Shown: positions 48,263-58,356, numbered from the stretch's first letter. The stretch is 64,000 nucleotides of DNA from Patescibacteria group bacterium (GCA_026397045.1 JAPLVO010000006.1:1706-65705), one strand, 5' to 3'. A program made the numbers and translations. The notes: generated by a model not told the origin, from the sequence alone.

Positions 48263-49438
48263 TTATTCTTTACCAATCTGAATTTTTTTATATATTTCTA
48301 GGTAGCTATTTAAACTAGTGTTGATATCATGATTCTGTTCTACTATTTCGCGGCTCTTAGCACCGTATTTAACACGCTTAGGCCTATTTTTGATTAGCTT
48401 TAAGAGCTGCCTGGATAGATCAATATGGTCATTCTCCTTGAACATATACCCATTAACCCCATCATCGCAAAGCTCTCTTAAGGCTATTTTATCTACCGCC
48501 ACAACAGGAAGCCCACTGCTCATAGCCTCGAGAGTGGCGATGCTCTGGAGCTCTGCCGGAGAGGCAATTACAAATATATCGCAGCTAGCAAGCAGGTGGG
48601 GCTTATCGGACTCTTTTACAAAACCCGTAAAGGTTAGGTTATCTTCTATACCGAGTTGAACACTTAGGGCCTGTAATTCATTTAGGTACTTACCAGTTCC
48701 GGCTATTATCAAATGGACATTATGCTGCTGCCTAAGAGATTCTGCAAAGCCCCTGACGATAACATCGATGCGTTTTTCACCATCTATCCTGCCGATGAAT
48801 ATTAGTTTTACCCTATCTTTTGGTATTCTAAATTTATTTAGTATCGATGGCCTTTTTTTGCTTGGGTTAAATATTTTGGTGTTTACGCCATTGGTTATCG
48901 GGCTGCCAAGTTTTTTAAGATTTCGGTCTTCAAGCAGGTTAAGAGCCGTCAGCGTGGGGGCGGTAACTATATCTGCTTTATTGTGGAACCAAATCAAGTA
49001 TTGCCAGAAAAACTTTTCCATTTTGCTACTAACTTTCTTAGGTAGCCTGATGTTCATTAGGATGTTTTCGGGCATAATATGGCTGGTGGTTACCACAGGC
49101 ACCTTGTATTTATTAGCGATAAATAGGGCTGTTACTCCTAGAAGAAAGGGATCCTGGATATGTATCAAGTCTGGGTTTATGGTGCGAATCAGTTTTTCGG
49201 CATTCTGGAAGGGCCAGTAGCTGACCCTTAGGCCAGGATAGAATAGTAGTTCTAAGGATTTTTCTCTGTAAATTGTCAGATTGCCATTACTCTCGAGATA
49301 TGATGTAATTTTTTTGCCAGGCACCCAAATATAGACCTTATGGCCTTTCTGGGCCAGGCCTTCCGCCAGGTGCTTTATGAAAGTGGCAATACCATCTTTA
49401 CGAGGATGGTATGTCTCCGATACAATTAGAATCTTCAT
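48263..49438 (-). CDS. family-4 glycosyltransferase (paralog of 47093-48259)
   Basis: 391 aa; ASPAELQSIATLEAMSSGLPVVA motif. Confidence 0.8.
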   Translation of the reverse strand: MKILIVSETYHPRKDGIATFIKHLAEGLAQKGHKVYIWVPGKKITSYLESNGNLTIYREKSLELLFYPGLRVSYWPFQNAEKLIRTINPDLIHIQDPFLLGVTALFIANKYKVPVVTTSHIMPENILMNIRLPKKVSSKMEKFFWQYLIWFHNKADIVTAPTLTALNLLEDRNLKKLGSPITNGVNTKIFNPSKKRPSILNKFRIPKDRVKLIFIGRIDGEKRIDVIVRGFAESLRQQHNVHLIIAGTGKYLNELQALSVQLGIEDNLTFTGFVKESDKPHLLASCDIFVIASPAELQSIATLEAMSSGLPVVAVDKIALRELCDDGVNGYMFKENDHIDLSRQLLKLIKNRPKRVKYGAKSREIVEQNHDINTSLNSYLEIYKKIQIGKE

Positions 49439-49491
49439 TTGTGATATTATATCAAATGTCAGATAAATAATTAAAACATAATCTCAAAAGT

Positions 49492-50283
49492 ATGATTTAT
49501 TACAAAGAAAATAAAATCAAAAACCAACGAAAGCTGCCGATATTATTCATACACGGCCTAAAGGGAACCCATAGAGGGATGATAGATATCGCTCGTAGTA
49601 TGAGTGACTATCACTGGTTTCTGCCAGACATGCCTGGTCATGGACAAAGTGATTTAATGAATCTTCATGGGATCGAAACATATGCCAAGGCTCTTTTAGA
49701 TTTTATGCACAAGCGAGATATCAATAAGTTCTTGGTGGTAGGCCATTCTTACGGCGGCAATGTAGCCGTCGAGCTAGCTAGGCTGGCGGGCCCTAAGGTT
49801 GTCCCCAAGATGGTCACTATAGCCCCATACCCCGGCTACAAAAACACCCCGACAAACCTAGCTTTTGGATCGATGTACGCTTTTATTAAATACTTCCCGA
49901 GGCCAATCGTAAATTTCTTTCTGCTTGGAAAGATTGCAGTATTTGTTACGGGCTTAGTGCTTTATAAGACCTCAGATCGTGAGCGCGTAAAGGCATTGCA
50001 GAAGCAAGGCTACCATGAAGAGACCAGTTTTGAGAAGCGAGTGATGGTAGAAGCCGTGGAGAGTTTGCGAGAATTCGATCTGCGCAGCCGCCTTAATGAG
50101 CTCAAGCAGCCAACCCTTTTAGTTTATGGGGATATCGACTCCTTTGCCAAGCTCAATGGTATTGAATCGGAGATTAAAAATAGCAAAATATCCGTGGTGC
50201 CCTATAAAGGAGGAGGGCACTTGATCCCCCTCGAGTATCCAGAAAGAGTTAGCGCATTGGTAAGGGGGTGGATAGAGCCTTAA
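49492..50283 (+). CDS. alpha/beta-fold hydrolase
   Basis: 263 aa; nucleophile elbow VVGHSYGG, HG oxyanion motif, C-terminal GGGH. Confidence 0.8.
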   Translation: MIYYKENKIKNQRKLPILFIHGLKGTHRGMIDIARSMSDYHWFLPDMPGHGQSDLMNLHGIETYAKALLDFMHKRDINKFLVVGHSYGGNVAVELARLAGPKVVPKMVTIAPYPGYKNTPTNLAFGSMYAFIKYFPRPIVNFFLLGKIAVFVTGLVLYKTSDRERVKALQKQGYHEETSFEKRVMVEAVESLREFDLRSRLNELKQPTLLVYGDIDSFAKLNGIESEIKNSKISVVPYKGGGHLIPLEYPERVSALVRGWIEP

Positions 50284-50336
50284 GCTTTATGCCAATTCAC
50301 TAAGATAGTGATAAGATTGTAGTCAACCATACCATT

Positions 50337-51581
50337 ATGTATTCATCATTATTTAAAAACATTAACTTTGTTAAAATCTGGCTGGCTCAGCTGACATCTC
50401 AGCTAGCTGCCAATTTGCTTAACTTTGCACTGATTATTAGGGTTTACGAGCTGTCGGCTAATACTAATTTTGCAAATATTTCAGTTAGCCTGCTGATTTT
50501 GGCTTTTGGGGTGCCATCTATAATTTTTGCTGTTTTGGCTGGGGCCTATGTAGATCACCTAGACCGAAAGAAAGTAATGGTGGTTACCAACATAGCTAGG
50601 GCTATCTTGGTTCTATTCTTCCTGATGTTTGAGTCAAATTTGATATTCGTATATCTAACGGTCTTTGCCATTTCTACCTTCTCACAGTTCTTCACCCCTG
50701 CTGAAGCAGCCGCACTACCCAGGCTAGTAAAGAAGTCGGATTTGGTATCCGCAAATTCTCTATTTTTGTTTACGCTTTATAGTTCTTTTATACTCGGCTA
50801 TAGCTTAGCAGGCCCAATTATTTCAGCCTGGGGAGCAAACTCGGTGTATTGGGTCACATCAATAGCCTTTGTGTTTTCGGGTCTTCTAAGTCTAGGCCTT
50901 CCGAAGCTAAAAGCTAAGCAAAAAGGCCTCAACTTTAGCTCAATAAACCACGAGGTCTTTATTACCATCAGGCAGACAGCTGACAAGATTTTGCGAACAC
51001 CTGGTTTGTTGTTCCCAATTGGCAACCTTACGATAGGCCAAATGATGATTGGGATTATAGCTGTGGTTGCCCCCGGCTTGGCCATAATACTTTTCGATCA
51101 AAGCCTAGCCAGTGTTAGCTATAAATTAATTGTCCCAGCGGCCGTTGGTATGGTGGTAGGGGCAGTATTGGTGGGGCAGGTGCTGGGTAAGGTCCATAAA
51201 GCCAAGCTAATAAATTTTGGTATAGTTCTGGCAGTCATATCACTTGCTGGGATAGGTTTGATCGGTCGATTCAAGGGGATACCTTTTTATACTGGGATTG
51301 TGGTGACTCTATCACTCGGCTTGGGGTTTGCGAATGCCCTGGTAGGAGTTTCGGCTCAGACTCTATTGCAAGTCCATTCTACAGATGAGGAGCGAGGTAA
51401 GATATTTGGCACACTCAATATGATGATGAATCTGGCGGCCTCATTACCAGTGCTGTTAGCAGGGATCACCGCAGATCTAGTTAGCCCTGCTTCAGTTATG
51501 ATATTCGCAGCAGGGTTTATAGCTTTATTTGGAGTATATCAGTTCTCAGCCCTTAAGAAGCACGAGCTGGTAGACAGGTAG
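50337..51581 (+). CDS. MFS transporter
   Basis: 414 aa; 12 predicted TM helices, DRxGRKK-like loop (DHLDRKKVM). Confidence 0.8.
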   Translation: MYSSLFKNINFVKIWLAQLTSQLAANLLNFALIIRVYELSANTNFANISVSLLILAFGVPSIIFAVLAGAYVDHLDRKKVMVVTNIARAILVLFFLMFESNLIFVYLTVFAISTFSQFFTPAEAAALPRLVKKSDLVSANSLFLFTLYSSFILGYSLAGPIISAWGANSVYWVTSIAFVFSGLLSLGLPKLKAKQKGLNFSSINHEVFITIRQTADKILRTPGLLFPIGNLTIGQMMIGIIAVVAPGLAIILFDQSLASVSYKLIVPAAVGMVVGAVLVGQVLGKVHKAKLINFGIVLAVISLAGIGLIGRFKGIPFYTGIVVTLSLGLGFANALVGVSAQTLLQVHSTDEERGKIFGTLNMMMNLAASLPVLLAGITADLVSPASVMIFAAGFIALFGVYQFSALKKHELVDR

Positions 51582-51636
51582 TAGCACTAGTACTTTACTA
51601 GTAAATATGTTATAATTATTTTACTTGGGGCTGACA

Positions 51637-52020
51637 AGCTTCGACGTTGAATCTTGAAATATGATTGCGAGTCGGGTTGAGAATACACGTTAGCTGTTCT
51701 CGAAACTACAAATGCAAAATCGTTTGTATCGCGTTTGGTGAATGCAGTTTCTGCACCATCTCTCGCTCCAGCTTATGCTTAATTGTCATTAGCCATCGAA
51801 CCCTCAATGCCTGGTAGGGGGATTTCGATGCCATTTACCGGGCTGCAGTAGTATTCCTTACTGGTACTACCTAAGACTAAACAGTAGGATAAGCGCCAGG
51901 TTTATTGTGCTAATCTTGATGCCCTGGAACTTTAAAAACAATATTCAGATTAGCTACACTCGTAGATATCATATTATAAAAGTTTGGCGGACGAGGGTGC
52001 GATTCCCTCCAGCTCCACCA
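51637..52020 (+). ncRNA. ssrA: tmRNA (SsrA), one-piece
   Basis: 5' GGGGCUGACAAGCUUCGACG..., internal tag reading frame ending ...LAPAYA-UAA (stop 51780-51782), 3' tRNA-like GGACGAGGGUGCGAUUCCCUCCAGCUCCACCA. Confidence 0.9.
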
Positions 52021-52256
52021 AAAGGGACTTTCGAATAATTCGGAGGTCTTTTTTGATATGCATTAATCAACAAGGATTATGATGTATCAACAGCCTTATT
52101 GGCACATCTTCGGTGCTAGGGGCTTTATAGTTACCTTTTGTAATTAAAAACACTTTAGGGGGCCAACACACTACTCTGAGTAAAGATTGCTTCTTAGGTT
52201 AAGGTGGACTTTCTTCATGCAAGCCAATTGGAGTCTATTTGGCTACAGGGTTAGCA

Positions 52257-55200
52257 CTATTGGGGCTGCTTATTGGCTAAAGTGCTGACTGGGTAATTTG
52301 CATCATCTTTCAGATCTCCGCGGGGGATATACATTACAACCTTAGTCCCTTTGTTCAAGTTTGACGAAATATTAATAGAACCATTTATCTGATCAAGAAT
52401 TATTCTGTCTAAATATAGCCCTAGCCCCAAACCTTCATAGTCGTAATGAAGAGCATCTGTTGCGCGTGCAAAAGGCATCATTAGCTGATCTATTTTGTCC
52501 TTGGCAATTCCAGCACCATTATCCGATACCGTAATCTTGATACCACCAGCTTTAGCTGTTGCTTGGATGGATACCTTACCATCAGTCTTGCTAAATTTAA
52601 TCGCATTATTTAAGGCCGATCCGATAAGCAGGATTAGCGCCGATTTATCTATATTTGCCATTAATCCATCAGAGACCTGCTTGCTAATTGTGATGTTGCT
52701 AGATCTAATTGCATCGGCTTGCCTTGATAGGACATTAGCAATGATCTCCTCAACACCAGCGCTTTTTATGACATCATTGCTTTTAACATTAGTATATTGA
52801 CTAAGAAGTATAAGCGACTTTTCGACATCTGATAGCATCACTAAGCCTCTTAAGAAAGGCTCGGCTTGCTTAGAATGGGTAAAATCGGAAGAAAGTGATT
52901 TCAGCTGCGCTATCTCTCCATCAAGAATATCTATCGTTTTGGTGATAAAATCAGACTTTATTTTCGCTAAATGCTGCTCGGCTTCTAACAGTTTAGCTCG
53001 ATTAATGCGTGCGTATTTGTTGCGTACGAGGCTGCGCCAGGCCAGCAATATCAGTAGTATGCAAATGGCAAAAAGACCAATTTGTACCGCTAAACTACCT
53101 ATCTCTACTTGGTAGATATTGGCCCTGCTAAATAGCAGGTACTGAGCAACAATAAGCAGCCCGGAAATTATTATCGGAACCCAAACAAGTGGGTTAAAGC
53201 TAGCAGACCTAACCTCGGCGCCGAGCCGAGCCGAGCTAATAGTGCTCATTAGCCTCTCATTTTCTTGGTTATTACTGGAGAGGAGCTGGTGTATGCTCCC
53301 AGAGACTTTATTAAGTAGGCTATCTATTGCCTCAGACTTAGCTAAACTTATAGCCTTTACCGATACGAGTAGTTCGGCACTAAGCTGCATTATTCCGAGT
53401 GGGGTATTTAGGTAGTGGCTTGTTAGGGCTACAAAGTTCTTGCTAGCAAATTGGATATTTTGAATCTTAAGTATTAGTTTATTATAGCGCTCTGTTGATC
53501 TATATTCTCTGTAGGCCTGGATGGCGTAAAGTATTGCTAAAAGAAGTAGTAGTAATATCAGCAAATAGGGGATAGCAATAACTAGGCCGCGGGGCACACC
53601 GCGCAATATCTTGAGAAGTCTATCTGTAGATTCTGGCTCTACCGGCAGAGCCGCGTCTGTCTCTGTCGTGATACCTGGTATTATCGCCAAGCCCCCGGTA
53701 GTGGTGGCTGGCCCCGGCCCTGGCCCTGGCCCCGGCCCTGGCCCTGGTCCTGGTCCCGGTCCTGGTCCTGGTCCCGGCCCTGGCCCCGGATCAGGCGGAC
53801 AGTTACCTGTGGTAAGGGCCTGATCAGAGCCGAAGAAGGTACCGGTGGGGTTAATGCCATAGGCGCGGTAGTGGTAGATAGTGCATCCCGATAACCCAGA
53901 AATAGGCAGGGAATATGGGGAGGTCTGGAATGAGCTTAGTAGATTTAATTTTTGTACCCTGTTTATAAATGACTGAGACAGGTAAAGATCATTATTATCT
54001 GATATATGTAGAGTAATTGGCGATAATATTAGCTGCTCACTAAATATGAGTGGGTTATTACTTGTAGTGAATTTACTAATATAGTTACCACTACCATCAA
54101 ATACTTGGATATCGTTGCGAAGCAAATCTAATACATACAGCCGCCCAGTATTATCAACGCTAATGCCTAATGGGACTATAAATTGCCCATTAGCAGTTCC
54201 AAAGCTGCCAAATTGGCTCAAAAGTACGCCGCTACTACTATATTTGTAAATGGCGGAGTCCACTATGGAAGAGGTATAGATGTTATTTGATGAATCAGAA
54301 GTGATACCGATGCCGAACTGGGCAGACCACTCGGTGATATAAACTCCCGTATTACTAAATTTTTGTATCCTTGGGGTGGCTGATCCGAGATCTAAGATAT
54401 ATATGTTGTCGAGGCTATCTATGGTGATATTTATTGGTTCCTCGAACTCACTAGGGTTGACCCCTTGTATGCCCCAGGTGGATATGAATACTCCGCTACT
54501 ATTGAATTTTTGTATTCTGTAATTTCCGCTATCGACTACATAGACATTATCACTGGAATCAACCGCCACCCCAATTGGTATATCGAATTCTCCTGGCAAG
54601 GATCCATTTACACCCCATTGTGTCAGGTAGCCTCCGTTACTATTGAATTTTTGTATTCTATTATTACCGGCATCAGCCACATAGGTGTTACCTATAGAAT
54701 CGGTGCCAATCTTGACGGGCCCATTGAACTGGCCGTCATTAGTACCTTGTTCGCCCCACTGGGTTAAGTTGCTAGGAGTAATATTTGAAGGCGCCGGGCT
54801 GGATAACACATTGCCATAGCTCGAGCTAGTGCCCCACTGGAAGCCTCTGGCCGTGATAGCATCCCCCGAATAGGATATAGTCCCATTTAAATCCGAGGAG
54901 CTGACTGTGGTGTTGCTGGCTGGGTCTGTCATTATGTTCATGTCACAACTACTTGTGGTGAAGGTTCTGTCTTGGCCGAAGCTGGTACCTGTGCCGGTAG
55001 AGGCTGAAGCGGCATAATGGTAAGTGGTGTTGCAGGGGAGATTCACAAGCTGCTGAGAATAAGGGCCCGCTGGGTAGTCCCCAAATGAGCTAAAGCTTTC
55101 TACACGGTCGTTGTTTCTATCAATTACAAAAATATCACCACCATTGGTGTTCTCGTCGTATCCTAATATTCCAGAAGGTGCATCTAGTTGCCCCAATCCA

Positions 55201-58200
55201 GACCCTATTGATCCGAACTGGCTGGTGTATCTGCCAAAATAATCGAATCTCTGGACCCGATTATTGCCCGTGTCTGCCACTGCTATACCGCCAGCGAATA
55301 GATTAAATGACGCCCCCGAAACAAATGCCAGCGAGCTAGGGGAGTTAAGTTGGCCGTCTCCAGAGCCTGGCGAGCCAAAATCAGACACATAAATTAGGCC
55401 TGATGAATTAAAGCCAATAATCTGGACTCGACTGTTGCCGCTATCCAAAACATAAATAAATGGCAGACCTAAATCTCCTTCCGAGATTAATACATCTCTG
55501 GGGGAATTAAATTGTCCATCACCAGAACCAAATACCCCATAACTTACAAGGTGTACGAAGGTGGAGCCATCAAAAAACTGTAAACGATTATTATTGGTAT
55601 CAGCGACTATAATTTGAGTATCCAGGGCCTGTAGTCCGGATGGTGCATTGAACTGCCCATCGGCACTACCAAGGCTTCCAAATTGCGAAAGGTAGGTACC
55701 CGAAGAATTAAATATTTGGATCCTATTATTGCCAGTATCCGATACCATAATATTCCCACTTGTGGGCTGCACCGAGACATCTAACGGCGCATTGAACTGG
55801 CCATTGGCACTACCTAGGCTCCCAAATTGCGAAAGATAGTTACCGGAAGAATTAAATATTTGAATCCTATTGTTGGCTGTATCAGCTATATAGATATTCC
55901 CATTGGAATCTATGTTGGCACCTCCTGGGGAGGATAGCTGCCCGTCGCCGCTTCCAGATGAGCCGAACTGTGACTGGTAATTGCCAGTTTCAAAAGAATC
56001 TATAGCATAGTCACCATAGCTGGTCGTGAGGCCATATACAAAACCTCTAAACTTGGCTGGACTGGCCGAGGGGCTGATGGTGCCATTAAGTTGGGCCGAA
56101 TTACCTCCTATGCTACTCGCTGGGTCAGTGCTAATAATTAAGCACTCATCAGTCGTAAAGCTTTGATCCCCACCGTAAAATGTCCCATCAAAATTGGTAC
56201 CATAAACTCTAAAATGGTACTCCGTAGAACAGTTCAGTGGCCCAGGCAGGCTAAAGCTACTAGCCGTGATGGCGGATGATGTACTAAAAATTTGAACCCT
56301 GTCATTGCCCGAGTCTGCAATATATAGCATTCCGCTGTTGCCAACTACAATGCCGCCAGGGTCATTAAATTCACCATCGTTAGTCCCATTCGCGCCAAAG
56401 GTAGTATTGTAAATGCCATCGATTGAGAACTTTTGGACTCGATCGTTAGAGTCTGAGACATAAACAGAGTTTGGGAGTTCGAAGGCTATTTCTTTGGGAG
56501 AGTTAAGCTGGCTAGGGTTGTTGCCAAATACCCCCCATGTAGATACAAATAGCAGGGTTACGGGATCAAATACCTGAACTCTATTGTTGCCACTGTCAGC
56601 TATAAATAGGCTGCTCCCGCTCGAAGTAATGCCAAGGGGAGTATTGAATTGACCATTATTAAAACCGAGTGAGCCAAATTTACCCTGGAACGCCAGACTG
56701 CCAGAAGTATCAAAGGCCTGAACTCGATTATTGCCAGTGTCGGTTACAAAGACATTGCCAGATGAATTGTCATAGGCTATTGATCTTGGGCTGTCGAACT
56801 GGCCATCTGCTGATCCAAATATACCAACCTTTGCTACATAAGACCCTAAGGAATCGAACTCTTGGATTCGGTTATTACCACTATCTACCACATAGATATT
56901 TCCTGCAGAATCCAGGGCAACCCCAGTAGGTGAGTTAAGTAGTCCGTCGGCTGAGCCGAAGCTTCCGAAGCTGCTGAGATAGGCCCCAGCACTATTAAAT
57001 ACCTGGATCCTATTATTCCCGTTATCTGCCACATAGATGTTTCCAGCAGCATCTGTCGCCGAACCAGAAGGGTTGTCAAATTGTCCGGGGGCTGAGCCAT
57101 TTATGCCAAACTTTGCTGAGAATATAATATCTGCAACTACATTAATAGTGGTGCCATAGCTGGTATCTGTACCAATCTCAAATCCTCGGTTGGTGATTGG
57201 GTTGGAGCTGGAGTTTATGGCACCGTTTAGTACGCCATAGCTGCTAGTTACGCCAGTCGGGGGCGTCGTTGTAAGCGACATACTCGGGCAGCTGCTGTCT
57301 AGCCCGCTATCTGCAATAGACCAGCTGTAGCTAGATACGATGCTGGCTCTAGCGGTAGCTGCGCAGTATTTGCTAAAGCCAGCATCTAGCGGTACGCTGA
57401 GCTGCAAGATTTGGGCACTCCAGGATGTAAGAATCGAGTCGTAATTAACGACACTTAGTAGATCACCCCCAAACATTCCACTCATATCTGTAACATTGGC
57501 CACATTCCAGCCGCCTAGAGGCTGATTAAAATTAACGGCTCCATTAAACATTCCATTCATATTTGTAACATTGGCTACATTCCAGCTGCCTAGGGGCTGA
57601 TTAAAAATACTGGCATTAGTAAACATATCGCTCATATCCGTAATATTTGCCACATTCCAGCTTGCAAGTGGTTGGTTTAAGCTAGTAGCATCTCGGAACA
57701 TGTTTGAGGTGGAGCTGACTGCAGATAGGTCGGGGGAGTCTGCAGCATTGATCTGGAGGTTACTGGCACCCTGAAACGCATTTGACATAGAGCCCCAAGC
57801 TATTGTTCCCCATTGGTCGACGGATAGTAGTTTTTGCGCATCGCCACCACCATTAAAAAATATTGCTGGGAAATTGCCTTTTATGCGAATAGTGTAGCTG
57901 CCCGGGGCCCCAAAAGTGTGAGATACATTGCCCACCTGGCCAAACTGGTCAAAAACCCCATCATTATCCCAATCAATATCATAGTTGTAGCCACCACCAA
58001 CAGTCGGTATCTCAATTGTGTCTGGCCCTGAAGTTCCAGGGTTATCTGTTTTCCAGGATATGACAAAATGATCGCTAGGTGCAGCTTGAGCCAGCTTAGT
58101 ATAAAACAAGCCATCTGCCAAAAGGGCTATAAAGACTAAAAACAGAGCAATTATTGCTAATGGTCTGGTGAGGCTATCTGAATGTTTTTTGATTTTGGTG

Positions 58201-58205
58201 AGCAT
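52257..58205 (-). CDS. giant (1982 aa) surface-exposed multi-repeat sensor histidine kinase
   Basis: N-terminal signal/TM; tandem 26-aa DUF285 repeats (W.V.NVT.M..MF); three NHL-repeat propellers (NNRIQ.F repeated about 18 times) separated by Ig/FN3-like modules; (PG)16 linker; TM; HisKA H-box ALTSHYLNTPLG; two further TM helices; HATPase_c (LNNAIKFS, DNGAGI, GLGLGL). Confidence 0.85.
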   Translation of the reverse strand: MLTKIKKHSDSLTRPLAIIALFLVFIALLADGLFYTKLAQAAPSDHFVISWKTDNPGTSGPDTIEIPTVGGGYNYDIDWDNDGVFDQFGQVGNVSHTFGAPGSYTIRIKGNFPAIFFNGGGDAQKLLSVDQWGTIAWGSMSNAFQGASNLQINAADSPDLSAVSSTSNMFRDATSLNQPLASWNVANITDMSDMFTNASIFNQPLGSWNVANVTNMNGMFNGAVNFNQPLGGWNVANVTDMSGMFGGDLLSVVNYDSILTSWSAQILQLSVPLDAGFSKYCAATARASIVSSYSWSIADSGLDSSCPSMSLTTTPPTGVTSSYGVLNGAINSSSNPITNRGFEIGTDTSYGTTINVVADIIFSAKFGINGSAPGQFDNPSGSATDAAGNIYVADNGNNRIQVFNSAGAYLSSFGSFGSADGLLNSPTGVALDSAGNIYVVDSGNNRIQEFDSLGSYVAKVGIFGSADGQFDSPRSIAYDNSSGNVFVTDTGNNRVQAFDTSGSLAFQGKFGSLGFNNGQFNTPLGITSSGSSLFIADSGNNRVQVFDPVTLLFVSTWGVFGNNPSQLNSPKEIAFELPNSVYVSDSNDRVQKFSIDGIYNTTFGANGTNDGEFNDPGGIVVGNSGMLYIADSGNDRVQIFSTSSAITASSFSLPGPLNCSTEYHFRVYGTNFDGTFYGGDQSFTTDECLIISTDPASSIGGNSAQLNGTISPSASPAKFRGFVYGLTTSYGDYAIDSFETGNYQSQFGSSGSGDGQLSSPGGANIDSNGNIYIADTANNRIQIFNSSGNYLSQFGSLGSANGQFNAPLDVSVQPTSGNIMVSDTGNNRIQIFNSSGTYLSQFGSLGSADGQFNAPSGLQALDTQIIVADTNNNRLQFFDGSTFVHLVSYGVFGSGDGQFNSPRDVLISEGDLGLPFIYVLDSGNSRVQIIGFNSSGLIYVSDFGSPGSGDGQLNSPSSLAFVSGASFNLFAGGIAVADTGNNRVQRFDYFGRYTSQFGSIGSGLGQLDAPSGILGYDENTNGGDIFVIDRNNDRVESFSSFGDYPAGPYSQQLVNLPCNTTYHYAASASTGTGTSFGQDRTFTTSSCDMNIMTDPASNTTVSSSDLNGTISYSGDAITARGFQWGTSSSYGNVLSSPAPSNITPSNLTQWGEQGTNDGQFNGPVKIGTDSIGNTYVADAGNNRIQKFNSNGGYLTQWGVNGSLPGEFDIPIGVAVDSSDNVYVVDSGNYRIQKFNSSGVFISTWGIQGVNPSEFEEPINITIDSLDNIYILDLGSATPRIQKFSNTGVYITEWSAQFGIGITSDSSNNIYTSSIVDSAIYKYSSSGVLLSQFGSFGTANGQFIVPLGISVDNTGRLYVLDLLRNDIQVFDGSGNYISKFTTSNNPLIFSEQLILSPITLHISDNNDLYLSQSFINRVQKLNLLSSFQTSPYSLPISGLSGCTIYHYRAYGINPTGTFFGSDQALTTGNCPPDPGPGPGPGPGPGPGPGPGPGPGPGPGPATTTGGLAIIPGITTETDAALPVEPESTDRLLKILRGVPRGLVIAIPYLLILLLLLLAILYAIQAYREYRSTERYNKLILKIQNIQFASKNFVALTSHYLNTPLGIMQLSAELLVSVKAISLAKSEAIDSLLNKVSGSIHQLLSSNNQENERLMSTISSARLGAEVRSASFNPLVWVPIIISGLLIVAQYLLFSRANIYQVEIGSLAVQIGLFAICILLILLAWRSLVRNKYARINRAKLLEAEQHLAKIKSDFITKTIDILDGEIAQLKSLSSDFTHSKQAEPFLRGLVMLSDVEKSLILLSQYTNVKSNDVIKSAGVEEIIANVLSRQADAIRSSNITISKQVSDGLMANIDKSALILLIGSALNNAIKFSKTDGKVSIQATAKAGGIKITVSDNGAGIAKDKIDQLMMPFARATDALHYDYEGLGLGLYLDRIILDQINGSINISSNLNKGTKVVMYIPRGDLKDDANYPVSTLANKQPQ
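53710..53789. repeat. (CCNGGN)n microsatellite encoding the (Pro-Gly)16 linker of the giant protein
   Basis: About 80 nt of GGCCCYGGYCCY units on the plus strand. Confidence 0.9.
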
Positions 58206-58356
58206 TTTTATTTTTTACTAATTAGTTAATATATTATCATCAAGAGGCTATCAAGCACAAGTGTTTATAGGGGATATTAATAAAGAGTAGGTAAGTGGAT
58301 ACAAATAATATTAATCATTATTAAACTCAGACCAATATTAACGAAATATTTTTACA

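Noticed and set aside
52021-52060. Terminator hairpin directly after tmRNA
   Set aside because: Only an imperfect stem (GACTTTCG...CGGAGGTC) with a T-run. Too weak to call confidently.
53611-53823. Short-period GGCCCYGGYCCY repeat that could be mistaken for a CRISPR- or repeat-array-like element
   Set aside because: It is a hexanucleotide microsatellite inside the giant CDS encoding the (PG)n linker. It has no spacers, and the plus-strand ORF across it is a reverse-strand shadow.
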